64,000 nucleotides of DNA from Alphaproteobacteria bacterium (GCA_963555825.3 CAUVXB020000001.1:768001-832000); one strand, 5' to 3'. Numbered from the stretch's first letter, positions 17,501-29,153 are shown. Numbers and translations are program-made. Notes: generated from the letters alone by a model not told the origin.

Positions 17501-18565
17501 TTATTCGGGCGCGACCGGGCAGTCTCCGGCGGCGGCCATCTCGACCCATGCGGCGTTGACAGCGACGTTGTAGTCGTCGAGCACGGCAGGGATCTTCCGT
17601 TCGCCCTTGAGGAATTCGGCGGTGAATTGAAGCGCGCGCGCCGCGCCGCCGCCCAGCCAACGCGCCGAGGCCTGCGCCTCGAGATCGGGAAAGTCGTATA
17701 GCGCGAGCACGCCGGGCACGTCCGCGGCATTGCCACCCGTCACGCCGACGATCGCCTGGACTTCGGGCGAATCGGCGGTCCAGGTCTCGGGGTCGTCGCG
17801 GTAGGCCGCGTCGGCGGCGGTGATCGTCTTGATGAAGTTGCACATGAACGCCGGGTTTTCGGCGGCGAACATGCGGTCGGCGATGATGCCGTCGAAGGTC
17901 GCCTTGCCCCAACTCGACAACAGGCCCGAGGTGATCAGTACCTTGCCGGTGCGCTTGATCTCGCCCAGCGCCGGGTCCCAGACGAAGGCCGCGTCGATGT
18001 CGCCATCGCGCCACGCCTGAACGATGTCGGGCGGCTGCATGTTTCGGACGGTCAGTTCCTTCGGCCCAATACCGAACTGTTCGAGCGCGAACAGCAAGTG
18101 GAAATGCGTCGTCGAGGCGAACGGCACGCCGATTGTCTTCCCGCGCAAGTCCCGCGGCGCCTCGATGCCCGAACCGTCGCGCACCACGAGAGCCTCGGCC
18201 GAGGCGATATCCTCGGCGATCCAGATCAGCTCGACCGAGAGGCCGCGGCTGACGCCGGCGGCGATCGGGCTCGAACCCGCCATGGCGATCTGCACCTCGC
18301 CCCGGGCCATGGCGTTGATCACCTTGGCGCCCGAATCGAACTTGCGCCAGGTGATCTTGTAGCCGGTCGCCGAGCCCAGCTCGCCGCCCGCGATGACGAG
18401 CTTCCACGGGTTATAGATCGGCTGGTAGCCGATCGTGATTTCCTTGTCTGCCAGGGCGCTTGCGCCAGGAACGATCAGTCCCAGGCCGATTATCAGGCAG
18501 CACGCGACGATTCTAGGCACGACACGCCTCCCAGTCCGAGGAATGTCTGGATCGGGCTCACCCAC
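17501..18565 (-). CDS. tauA: Taurine ABC transporter substrate-binding protein
   Basis: WRKFDSG, GSSP, GVPFASTTHFHLL, AAFVWDPAL; start codon uncertain. Confidence 0.85.
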   Translation of the reverse strand: MGEPDPDIPRTGRRVVPRIVACCLIIGLGLIVPGASALADKEITIGYQPIYNPWKLVIAGGELGSATGYKITWRKFDSGAKVINAMARGEVQIAMAGSSPIAAGVSRGLSVELIWIAEDIASAEALVVRDGSGIEAPRDLRGKTIGVPFASTTHFHLLFALEQFGIGPKELTVRNMQPPDIVQAWRDGDIDAAFVWDPALGEIKRTGKVLITSGLLSSWGKATFDGIIADRMFAAENPAFMCNFIKTITAADAAYRDDPETWTADSPEVQAIVGVTGGNAADVPGVLALYDFPDLEAQASARWLGGGAARALQFTAEFLKGERKIPAVLDDYNVAVNAAWVEMAAAGDCPVAPE

Positions 18566-18628
18566 CTTGGTGGGCGCCCCGCATCACCTGTATAGCATCA
18601 ATCGTCGTGCGCGGGCGCATACCACGGA

Positions 18629-19939
18629 TCAGTCCTCGCTCAGCACCTCGCGCAGCGTCTTGCACATCGCGTCGATATGATCGCGCTCGACGATCAACGG
18701 CGGCGACAGCAGCAGAGCGTCGCCCGTGGTCTTGACCACCAGGCCGGCCGCATAGAGCCGCTTGAGCACATCGAAACCGCGCGCGCCCGGCTTGTCGGCC
18801 GGCGCCAAATCCATGCCGGCCAGGAGGCCATAGCCGCGGATGTCGGTGATCGTCGGAATGTCTTGCAGCGCGTATACCTGATCGAGGAAATACTCGGATA
18901 TCTCCGCGGCGCGGGCGAACAGGTTCTCCCGGCGATAGATCTCGAGCGTCGCGAGCGAGGCGGCGACCGCGACCGGGCAGCCCGAATAGGTATAGCCGTG
19001 GAACAGCTCGACGGCGCCCGGTGCTGCGTTGTTGACGATCGCGTCGTAGACGTGGTCACGCACCGCGACGGCGCCCATCGGCACGTTGCCGTTGGTCAGT
19101 GCCTTGGCCATCGTCATGATATCGGGCAGCACCTCGAAGCTGTCGGCGGCGAACGGCTTGCCGGTCCGCCCGAAACCGGTGATCACCTCGTCGAAGATGA
19201 GCAGGATGCCGTGCTGGTCACAGATCTCGCGCAGCCGCTGCAGATAGCCCTTGGGCGGCACCAGGCAGCCGACCGAGCCGGCGATCGGCTCGACGATGCA
19301 GGCGGCGATGTTGTCGGCGCCGTGCAGGTCGCACATGCGCTGCAGGTCCTCGGCCAACTCGGCGCCTTGCTCGGGCTGGCCCCTCGAGAAGCGCTGCTCG
19401 GGCAGCCAGGTCTTGCGCATATGCGCGACGCCGGGCAGGCCGACGCCGAACGCCTCGCGGTTCTTGACCATGCCGGCGACCGAGACGCCGCCGAAGTTGA
19501 CGCCGTGATAGGCGCCGTCGCGGCCGATCAGGCGGACGCGCTGGCCCTCGCCGCGCGCCCGGTGGTAGGCGAGCGCGATCTTGAGCGCGGTGTCGACCGC
19601 CTCGGAGCCCGAGTTGCCGAAGAAGACGTGGTTGTGGTCGCCCGGTAGCATGTCGGTGAGCTGCCGCGACAGCTCGAACTGCGCCGGATGGCCGAACTGG
19701 AACGGCGGCGAGTAGTCGAGCTCGGTGAACTGGCGCGCCATGGCGTCGCCGATCTCCTGGCGCCCATGACCGGCGGCAACACAGAACAGGCCGGCCGAGC
19801 CGTCGAGCACCTTTTCGCCGTGATGGGTCCAATAGTGCATGCCTTCGGCGCGCACGATGAGCCTCGGGCTCTCCTTGAACTCGCGATTGGCGGTGAAGGG
19901 CATCCAATAGCTTTCGAGAGAGTTCGCGGCGTAATTCAT
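18629..19939 (-). CDS. Class III omega-amino acid:pyruvate aminotransferase (probably taurine-transaminating)
   Basis: YWMPFTANR, NSGSEAVD, FDEVITGFGR, MAKALTNG, HGYTYSG. Confidence 0.88.
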   Translation of the reverse strand: MNYAANSLESYWMPFTANREFKESPRLIVRAEGMHYWTHHGEKVLDGSAGLFCVAAGHGRQEIGDAMARQFTELDYSPPFQFGHPAQFELSRQLTDMLPGDHNHVFFGNSGSEAVDTALKIALAYHRARGEGQRVRLIGRDGAYHGVNFGGVSVAGMVKNREAFGVGLPGVAHMRKTWLPEQRFSRGQPEQGAELAEDLQRMCDLHGADNIAACIVEPIAGSVGCLVPPKGYLQRLREICDQHGILLIFDEVITGFGRTGKPFAADSFEVLPDIMTMAKALTNGNVPMGAVAVRDHVYDAIVNNAAPGAVELFHGYTYSGCPVAVAASLATLEIYRRENLFARAAEISEYFLDQVYALQDIPTITDIRGYGLLAGMDLAPADKPGARGFDVLKRLYAAGLVVKTTGDALLLSPPLIVERDHIDAMCKTLREVLSED

Positions 19940-20017
19940 GGGGCATCCCTTTCACTGGGGCGATCAACGCCTGGCGGCGGTGAAACTTGTGACAGATTAC
20001 GAAAAAAAGGTACGATT

Positions 20018-20043
20018 TTGGGCCAGATTCCGATAGGGCCAAT
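20018..20043. promoter_or_regulatory. Putative TauR/MocR operator (repeated GGGCCA)
   Basis: TTGGGCCAGATT, identical to 26471-26482, plus TAGGGCCAAT, in the divergent promoter region. Confidence 0.55.
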
Positions 20044-20068
20044 TATTCGATATGGATGAGGCCACAGG

Positions 20069-21538
20069 GTGCGTGATTTTCTCTTCAACCTGCCGTCGGA
20101 CGGCACCGGCAGCCTGCAGTCCAGGATCCGCCGCATGGTCATCGGCGCGATCCTCGACGGCCAGTTGCCCGAGGACAGCCCCCTGCCCTCGTGCCGTACC
20201 TTGGCCAAGCGGCTCGGCGTTGCCCGCAATACTGTCGTGCTCGCCTACCAGGGGCTCGTCGACGAGGGCTATGTCGTGGCGCGCGAGCGCAGCGGCTTTT
20301 ATGTCGACGGCGACATCCGCGCCGAGACGCCACGCGGCGCGACCGTCCGGGCCGACCCCGGCGGCCCCTCGGTCGACTGGGACGGCCGCTTCGCGGTGCG
20401 ACCGTCGGGCCACAGCAACATCGCCAAGCCGCTCGACTGGCAGCGCTACCCCTACCCCTTCATCTACGGCGAGGTCGACCCGGGCCTGTTCCCGCTGACT
20501 GCCTGGCGCGAGTGTTCCCGGCAGGCGCTGTCGCGCTCGGCGGTCAAGGACTGGTCCCACGACCAGTTCGCCGAGGACGACCCGATGCTGGTCGAGGAAA
20601 TCCGCGCGCGCGTGCTGCCGCGCCGCGGCGTGCGCGCGGCGGCCGCCGAGATCCTCGTCACCCTCGGCGCGCAGCACGCGCTTTATCTGCTGGCGACGCT
20701 GCTGATCGGCGACGCGACCACGGTCGGCCTCGAGGAGCCGGGCTATGTCGACGCCCGCAACATCTGCCGGCTGCGCGGCGCCCGGCTTAAATCCCTCGCG
20801 GTCGATACCGACGGCCTGGTCGTCGACCGCTCGCTCGACGCCTGCGATTACGTCTACGTGACGCCGAGCCACCAGTCGCCGACCACGGTAACGATGCCGC
20901 TCGAACGCCGGACTGCATTGCTCGAACGCGCCGCCGCCAAGGGCGTGGTGGTCATCGAGGACGACTACGAGCCCGAGGCGAGTTATGTGAGCGATCCGAC
21001 GACGGCGCTCAAATCGCTCGATACCCAGGGCCGCGTGATCCACATCGGCAGCTTCTCGAAGGCGCTGGCGCCCGGTCTCCGGCTCGGCTACATGGTCGCC
21101 GATCCGGCGCTGATCACCGAGGTGCGCGCGCTGCGCCGCCTGATGCTGCGTCACCCGCCGAGCAACAATCAGCGCACCGTGGCATTGTTCCTGCGCGACG
21201 GCCACTACGACGCCCATGTGCACCGCCTGCATCGGACCTATCGCGCGCGCTGGGAGGCGCTGGGCGACGCGCTGGCGCGCTACATGCCCGCGTCCAGCCG
21301 CGTGCCGACCTTCGGCGGCACCAGCTTCTGGGTCGAGGGCCCGGATGGGCTCGACGCCGGCAGGCTCGCCCGCGCGGCGCGCGATGAAGGCATCGTCATC
21401 GAACCCGGCGCCGTCCACTTCCTCGCCAAGCCGCCGCCGTGCAATTTCTTCCGTCTCGGCTTCTCGGCGATCCCGACCGAACGCATCGAACCGGGCATCG
21501 AACTGCTCGCCAACCTGATCGCCCGCGAGACGGGCTGA
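20069..21538 (+). CDS. tauR: GntR/MocR-family PLP-dependent regulator, TauR-like
   Basis: LPSCRxLAxxLGVARNTV HTH; WQRYPYPFIYG; IEDDY; SFSK; divergent from the aminotransferase. Confidence 0.85.
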   Translation: MRDFLFNLPSDGTGSLQSRIRRMVIGAILDGQLPEDSPLPSCRTLAKRLGVARNTVVLAYQGLVDEGYVVARERSGFYVDGDIRAETPRGATVRADPGGPSVDWDGRFAVRPSGHSNIAKPLDWQRYPYPFIYGEVDPGLFPLTAWRECSRQALSRSAVKDWSHDQFAEDDPMLVEEIRARVLPRRGVRAAAAEILVTLGAQHALYLLATLLIGDATTVGLEEPGYVDARNICRLRGARLKSLAVDTDGLVVDRSLDACDYVYVTPSHQSPTTVTMPLERRTALLERAAAKGVVVIEDDYEPEASYVSDPTTALKSLDTQGRVIHIGSFSKALAPGLRLGYMVADPALITEVRALRRLMLRHPPSNNQRTVALFLRDGHYDAHVHRLHRTYRARWEALGDALARYMPASSRVPTFGGTSFWVEGPDGLDAGRLARAARDEGIVIEPGAVHFLAKPPPCNFFRLGFSAIPTERIEPGIELLANLIARETG

Positions 21539-21541
21539 AGC

Positions 21542-22414
21542 TCAACTCGGGCCGACGGGCCTTTCGCCGGCGATCGTCGTGCGGTGCATCAGGCGGCGCT
21601 GGCCGTCGTAATCGTTGATCGCGAAGTGCTGGGTGCAGCGGTTGTCCCAGATGGCGAGCGAGCCGGCGCGCCAGCGGAAGCGGCAAGTGAACTCGGGCTG
21701 CACCGCGCGTTCGAACAGGAAGGCGAGCAGCGGCCGGCTCTCCTCGACGGTCATGTCGACAAATCGGATGGTGTAGACCGGGTTGACGTACAACGCCTTG
21801 CGTCCCGATTCGGGATGCACGCGCACCACCGGGTGCTCGGTCTCGACGTCGGCCGCCGGGTCGCCCCGCCGCATCTTGATCGACTTGCTCAGCTTCAGAT
21901 CGGGGCTCGGCGGCGCCTTGGTGCCGTGCGGCGCGCCGGTGTGGATCGCGACCAGCGGGTCGAGCGCGGCCTTCATGCCGTCGCTCAGCGACTCGTAGGC
22001 AGCGTATTGACTGGCCCACAGCGTGTCGCCGCCATGCTCGGGCACCTCGTGTGCATAGAGTACCGAGCCCAAGGGCGGCGCCTCGAGGAAGCTGAAGTCG
22101 CTGTGCCAGGTGCCGCCGAAGGTCGAGATGCCGACCTCGTCGGCCTCTTTCAGCACGGCGATGATGTCGGGGTGCCCGGCCATCGCCTCGACGTAGGGCA
22201 CGCGGCTGACGGCGCCGAACCGCGCGGTCAGCGCGATCTGCCGTTCGGGCGTGATCGCCTGGTCGCGGAAGAAGATTACCAGATGCTCGATCAGCGCGCG
22301 GCGGATTTCGGCGTAGGTCTCGTCGTCGAGCGGCGCCGCCAAATCGACGCCGCCGATCTCGGCGCCCAATGCGCCGGCGATCAGCGTCACCGCGATCCTG
22401 TCATAGGCCGTCAT
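21542..22414 (-). CDS. tauD: TauD/TfdA family Fe(II)/2OG dioxygenase
   Basis: WHSD, GGDTLW, HPVVRVHP, WDNRCTQH, MHR. Confidence 0.88.
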   Translation of the reverse strand: MTAYDRIAVTLIAGALGAEIGGVDLAAPLDDETYAEIRRALIEHLVIFFRDQAITPERQIALTARFGAVSRVPYVEAMAGHPDIIAVLKEADEVGISTFGGTWHSDFSFLEAPPLGSVLYAHEVPEHGGDTLWASQYAAYESLSDGMKAALDPLVAIHTGAPHGTKAPPSPDLKLSKSIKMRRGDPAADVETEHPVVRVHPESGRKALYVNPVYTIRFVDMTVEESRPLLAFLFERAVQPEFTCRFRWRAGSLAIWDNRCTQHFAINDYDGQRRLMHRTTIAGERPVGPS

Positions 22415-23616
22415 GCCGGCCCCTCCCCTAGCCCGACCAGCACGCGCGTGTGGCGGGCGATCATGAGCTCCTCGTTGGTCGGGATGACCCAGGCCGCGAC
22501 GCGGCTCGTGCCGGTCGAGATGCGCGGGCCGTCCGCCGCGTTGGCGGCAGCGTCGAGCTCGACGCCGAGCCAGGCCGCGCCGCGGCACACGGCGTCGCGC
22601 ACCGGCGTCGCGTGCTCGCCGATCCCGCCGGTGAAGACCAGCGCGTCCAGCCCGTCGAGCGCGGCCGCGAGCGAGCCGATCTCGCGCGCGATGCGGTAGC
22701 AGTAGAGTTCGACCGCCTGCCGCGCGGCGAGGTTGCCGCTCTCGAGCAACGTCGCCATGTCCGAGCTGATGCCCGAGAGCCCGAGCAGTCCCGAGCGGTT
22801 GTAGATCAGGTCGGCGAGCGCGGCCTCGTCCATCCCCTCCTCGCGCATCAGATAGAGCATGACGTCGGGGTCCATGGCGCCGGCGCGCGTGCCCATGGGT
22901 ATGCCGTCGGCGGTCGAGAATCCCATGGTCGTCGCGACGCTGTGCCCGTCGCGGATCGCACACAGGCTCGCGCCGTTGCCGAGGTGCATGACGATCAGCC
23001 GCTGCGGCAGGGGCGCGCCGGTCGCCGCCGGCCACGCGCTCACGATGTACTCATACGACAGGCCGTGGAAGCCGTAACGCCTGAGCCCCTTGTCACGCAG
23101 CTCCTTGGGCAGCGCGAGGCGTCGGGCGACGACCGGCTGGGTGGCATGGAACGCCGTGTCGAAGCAGGCGACCTGGGCAAGCTCGGGACGCCGCGCGGCG
23201 ATCGCGCGGATGGCGGCGACGTTGTGCGGCTGATGGTGCGGCGCCAACGGCTGGAGCGCGGCCAGCTCGGCGATCAGCGCAGCATCGACGAGCGCCGGCG
23301 CGGTGTGGTCAGGGCCGCCGTGGACGACGCGGTGGCCGACGGCGACGATGCGGTAGTCCTCGGGCCGGCGGTCGAGCCAATCGAGCAAAAGGGCGATCGC
23401 CGGCCCGTGTCCGGCGACACCGGAGGCGAGACCGCCCGGGTCATCGACCAGCGCCTCGCCGTCGGCGTCGCGCGCATCAAAGCGCGGCGTGGCGCCGATG
23501 CCGGCGAGCTGGCCACGCAGGATCGGTGATCGGTCGGTCGTCGCGTCGCCGACACCGAAGACGGCGAACTTGAGGCTCGACGAGCCGGCGTTGAGCACCA
23601 GGACGGCGTCGATCAT
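22411..23616 (-). CDS. ackA: Acetate/propionate kinase
   Basis: LNAGSSSLK, GHRVVHGG, FDTAFH, GFHGLSY, HLGNGAS, FTGGIGE, TNEE. Confidence 0.95.
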   Translation of the reverse strand: MIDAVLVLNAGSSSLKFAVFGVGDATTDRSPILRGQLAGIGATPRFDARDADGEALVDDPGGLASGVAGHGPAIALLLDWLDRRPEDYRIVAVGHRVVHGGPDHTAPALVDAALIAELAALQPLAPHHQPHNVAAIRAIAARRPELAQVACFDTAFHATQPVVARRLALPKELRDKGLRRYGFHGLSYEYIVSAWPAATGAPLPQRLIVMHLGNGASLCAIRDGHSVATTMGFSTADGIPMGTRAGAMDPDVMLYLMREEGMDEAALADLIYNRSGLLGLSGISSDMATLLESGNLAARQAVELYCYRIAREIGSLAAALDGLDALVFTGGIGEHATPVRDAVCRGAAWLGVELDAAANAADGPRISTGTSRVAAWVIPTNEELMIARHTRVLVGLGEGPA

Positions 23617-23632
23617 GTCCCCTCCTCCCCAC

Positions 23633-24367
23633 TCAGGCTACCACCGCGCGCACCAGGACGGCGACGGAAAGCGCGGCGAGAAGGATCAGCACGAAGCGCC
23701 GGAAGCGCTCGGGATCGGCCTTCACGAATCCGCGGTTGCCGAGGCCGATGCCGACCAGCACGGGCACGACAAGCACGAGCGCGAGGACCAGCACGTCGGC
23801 ATGGTAAAGCCCCTACCCGGCCGCCATGGCTGTGCCGATGACGTCGAGGCCGAAGAGAAAGGCGATGACCGAGGCGCGGCTGACGCCGACCGCCGCGGGC
23901 GAGGAGAAATAGAACAGGATCACCGGCGGCCCGCCGATTCCGGTGCCGCCGTTCATCGCGCCGGCGAGCAGCCCGGCGGCCGCCGCCGGTCCCGGCCCCG
24001 GCACGGCCCGTCACGCGAAACCGCGCCACAGCATGATCGTCGCGGCCAGGATGACGATTGCGATGGCGATGCGCACGGGTGCTGCGGGCAGCGCGGCGAG
24101 CAGATAGAGGCCGGCCGGGGTCGCCACCACGGCGCCCGCCAGCAGCCAGCGCAGCGAGCGCCACTCGACCTCGCGCCACACCTTGGGCAGGAGGTTCGCG
24201 CCCACCGCGATCTCGAGCAGGAAGACCGCAGGGATCACGACGACTGGCGGAAAGACCAGCGACAGGCTCGACACCCAGATCATCGACGAGCCGAAGCCGG
24301 CGTAGCCGCGCACGAACGCGCCGCAGAACACCGCGACGACGGCGAAGGCGATCGAGGCGGGTTCCAT
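23633..24367 (-). pseudogene. Sulfite exporter TauE/SafE (TSUP) family, two in-frame stop codons
   Basis: FVRGYAGFGSSM and GGTGIGGPP motifs in one frame, interrupted by TGA (24011-24013) and TAG (23813-23815). Confidence 0.85.
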
Positions 24368-24427
24368 GGTTCACCGATGCGGGGCGGCGATAGAGGTCAT
24401 TGTACGGTCATCTTTGACTCGCGTAAA

Positions 24428-24549
24428 GCTGACCTGCGCTCAATCGCCACGCATGCCAATCTTTATCCCACAAGGCCATTCTTGATCCCACAAGGATTGG
24501 CCGAACGGTCGGCGGCCCCCTCTTGTTGGGACAAGATTGGCGCAGGCTG
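24428..24549 (+). repeat. Structured intergenic repeat family A, copy 1
   Basis: 34-nt and 21-nt blocks identical to 58689-58791 (opposite strand); ends CCTGCGC.CAATC / GATTGGCGCAGG can pair. Confidence 0.85.
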
Positions 24550-24554
24550 GCATG

Positions 24555-24580
24555 ATCCGATCGATCGCAATCGATCGGAT
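24555..24580. terminator. Perfect hairpin downstream of xsc
   Basis: ATCCGATCGAT-CGCA-ATCGATCGGAT, 11-bp stem; no clear U tract. Confidence 0.4.
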
Positions 24581-24612
24581 TATGCCCTGGCACCGCCCCA
24601 CCATTTCGGTGA

Positions 24613-26325
24613 TCAGTTGACCGTGAAGTCCTTGTACTTGTCGAGCAGGCGGTGCGGCTTCTTCAGCGCGTCGCGGCGGAACGGATCGCCGAGTTCCTCG
24701 GTGCACATGATCTCGAGCACGGTGCATTTGTCAGACGACGTCGCCTGGCGCAGCGCGTCGCCGATCTGGTCGGCCTGGTCGACACAGATCCCGTCGGCGC
24801 CGAACGACTCGGCGATGCCCGCCCAGCTCGGGTTCTTCAGGTTGGTGCCGATGTAACGGTCGGCGTAGAAGTCGACCTGGTTCTTCTTCTCGGCGCCCCA
24901 CTGGCCGTTGTTGAAGACCACGGCGGTGACCGGTATGTCTTCGCGCACGCAGGTCAGCAGTTCGTTGAAGCTGATGCCCCAGGCGCCGTCGCCGACATAG
25001 GCGACGGCCGGGCGGTCGGGCGCGCCGAACTTGCAGCCAATCGCCGTCGGGAAGGCGTAGCCGCAGTTGCCGAAACTCATGGCGGCGAAGAAGCTGTTCG
25101 GCCGGTTGAAGCGAAGGTAGCTGTTCGAGACCGAGCAGATGTTGCCGATGTCGGTGGTGACCATGGCGTTCTCGGGCATCGCCTTCTCAAGCTCGCGCAG
25201 CACGCGGCGCGGCGCGACCGGCGAGCCGTCTTGCTGGCCCCATGTGTCGAGCTCGGCTTCCCAAGCGTCCTTCTGGCTCTTGACCTCGGCGAGGCGCGTG
25301 TCGGCGTTGCCATGGCATTCGAGCTGCAGGTTGCGCAGGCGCCCCAGGATGTCCCCGGCGGCGAGGCCGGCGTCGCCTTGGACCGCGACGTCGATCTTCT
25401 TGACCAGGCCGAGGACGCGGTGGTTGACGTCGACCTGGATGATCTTGGCGTCGGTCGGCCAATAGTCGATGTCGTGCTGGGGCAGCGTGCCGAACGGGCC
25501 GAGACGGGTGCCCAGCGCGAGCACGACGTCGGCCTGTGCGATCGTCTTCATCGCCGCCTTCGAGCCTTGATAGCCGAGCGGGCCCATCCACAGGTCGTGG
25601 TTGGCCGGGAAGGCGTCGTTGTGCAGATAGGTCGTGCAGACCGGCGCCTTGAGGAACTCGGCCAACTCGACAAGAGCGTCGCTGCCGCCGCCCATGACGA
25701 TGCCGCCGCCGGCGAGGATCACCGGGAACTTGGCTGATCCTAAGAGATCGGCCGCCGCCTGCAGGCTCTCGGGCCCGCCAGCGGCGCGCTCGATGCGCTG
25801 GGGCCGCGGTATCTCGACATCGAGTTCGCCGTAGAACTGGTCGCGCGGAATGTTGACCTGCACGGGTCCGCGCTCGGCGATCGAGAGATCGAAGGCGCGG
25901 CTCATCTGCTCGGCGATGCGGTCGGCACGACGGATGTCGGCCTGGTACTTGGTGATCTTGGAGAAGATCGGTAGCTGCTCGGTCTCCTGGAAGCCGCCGA
26001 GGCCCATGGTGTTCGAGCCGGTCTCGGGCGTGATGCAGACGACCGGCGAATGCGCCCAATAGGCGGCGGCGACCGAAGTCACGAAGTTGGTGATGCCCGG
26101 GCCGTTCTGTCCGATGCACACGCCGTGACGCCCGGTAACGCGCGAATAGCCGTCGGCCATGTGGCCGGCGCCCTGTTCATGCGCCACGGAGACGAACCTG
26201 ATGCCAGCCGGCTCGAAGATGTCGAGCGCATCCATGAAGGCGGAGCCGACGATGCCGAAGACGTACTCGACCTTGTTCGCTACCAGAGTTTCGACGAACG
26301 CCTCGCTCGGGGTCATGCGGGTCAT
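24613..26325 (-). CDS. xsc: Sulfoacetaldehyde acetyltransferase
   Basis: MTPSEAFVE, FGIVGSAFMD, QNGPGITN, GDGAWG ThDP motif, WGAEKKNQ, LGDPFRRDALK. Confidence 0.95.
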   Translation of the reverse strand: MTRMTPSEAFVETLVANKVEYVFGIVGSAFMDALDIFEPAGIRFVSVAHEQGAGHMADGYSRVTGRHGVCIGQNGPGITNFVTSVAAAYWAHSPVVCITPETGSNTMGLGGFQETEQLPIFSKITKYQADIRRADRIAEQMSRAFDLSIAERGPVQVNIPRDQFYGELDVEIPRPQRIERAAGGPESLQAAADLLGSAKFPVILAGGGIVMGGGSDALVELAEFLKAPVCTTYLHNDAFPANHDLWMGPLGYQGSKAAMKTIAQADVVLALGTRLGPFGTLPQHDIDYWPTDAKIIQVDVNHRVLGLVKKIDVAVQGDAGLAAGDILGRLRNLQLECHGNADTRLAEVKSQKDAWEAELDTWGQQDGSPVAPRRVLRELEKAMPENAMVTTDIGNICSVSNSYLRFNRPNSFFAAMSFGNCGYAFPTAIGCKFGAPDRPAVAYVGDGAWGISFNELLTCVREDIPVTAVVFNNGQWGAEKKNQVDFYADRYIGTNLKNPSWAGIAESFGADGICVDQADQIGDALRQATSSDKCTVLEIMCTEELGDPFRRDALKKPHRLLDKYKDFTVN

Positions 26326-26470
26326 GGGACCCTCCCATCAGTAAGCTGTCTGCAGCGGCACGACCCGCGAGGCGTACTAGGCTCCCGCGGCGGCACAATG
26401 CCGCGGCCGATCGTTGACGTCATATGCGCCGAAATGCCCATTGGCAAAAGAGCCAATCACGTCTGCCCGA

Positions 26471-26510
26471 TTGGGCCAGATTGGTGTGCGCAACGGCCCA
26501 CTGGCCCCAT
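26471..26510. promoter_or_regulatory. Putative TauR operator upstream of xsc
   Basis: TTGGGCCAGATT repeat plus nearby GGCCCA and CTGGCCCC half-sites. Confidence 0.5.
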
Positions 26511-26527
26511 CTCCAGCGCCGCAGCGC

Positions 26528-26947
26528 TCAACCGCCGAACATCTTCCTGAGATTGTCGAAGCCGGCCTGGTAGATGCCCTCGACGGCCTTCATGGCGTCG
26601 TTCTCCGACGCGCCGGCCGGGTTGAACTCGCTTGACCACTCCACGGTGCAGCCGCCGCCCTCGTCCTCGTTGACGCGGATCGTCGCGTGGTAGTTGGCCA
26701 GCGGCAGCGGACTTTCGAGAATTGCGTAGCTGTAACTGTGGCCGCTGTCGTCCTGGCTCTCGAGGCGTTCGACGATTTTGCCGCCGCCGGCAAGCGTCAG
26801 CGTGCGTATGCTGCCGCTGTCGTCTTCCTCGACCTCGCTCTTCTCGATCGCCGGGTGCCACGCCGGCAGCGCGTTGAAGCCGCCGATCAGGTCCCACAAC
26901 TGGGTTGCCGGCACGTTGACCTTGGTCGTCATCGATACCTTGGCCAT
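26528..26947 (-). CDS. SRPBCC (polyketide cyclase/MxaD-like) protein
   Basis: WDLIGGFNALPAWHPAI, ERL, YSYAILESPLP; GGAGG RBS. Confidence 0.88.
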   Translation of the reverse strand: MAKVSMTTKVNVPATQLWDLIGGFNALPAWHPAIEKSEVEEDDSGSIRTLTLAGGGKIVERLESQDDSGHSYSYAILESPLPLANYHATIRVNEDEGGGCTVEWSSEFNPAGASENDAMKAVEGIYQAGFDNLRKMFGG

Positions 26948-27035
26948 GTCCTCCCTCCTCGCCTGTCTCCCGCTGTCGCGCGGGTTACGCCTATCATGGG
27001 GTAGTCGGCCATCGTCGACAACGAATTCCGCCGCC

Positions 27036-27072
27036 ACAAAGAAAGAGGGCCGCGCTGGTTGGCGCGGCCCTC
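27036..27072 (-). terminator. Rho-independent terminator of groEL
   Basis: GAGGGCCGCGC-loop-GCGCGGCCCTC followed by TTTCTTTGT on the - strand. Confidence 0.85.
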
Positions 27073-27096
27073 GGAAGCTTGTGTTGGACGGTGGCC

Positions 27097-29048
<1,952 letters not shown>

Positions 29049-29093
29049 TCAGAGTTCTCCTCTGGCATTCGAATTTGCTGGTGTGTCATGTTG

Positions 29094-29120
29094 GTAGCAC
29101 TCCCGGTGAGAGAGTGCCAG
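29094..29120. promoter_or_regulatory. CIRCE element (HrcA operator)
   Basis: GTAGCACTC-N9-GAGTGCCAG versus consensus TTAGCACTC-N9-GAGTGCTAA. Confidence 0.9.
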
Positions 29121-29125
29121 GGGTG

Positions 29126-29153
29126 TATATGGGAGACCTAAGCCCCTGTCAAG
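29126..29153 (-). promoter_or_regulatory. RpoH (sigma32)-type promoter of groESL
   Basis: CTTGAC...CCCATATA immediately upstream of CIRCE. Confidence 0.7.
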
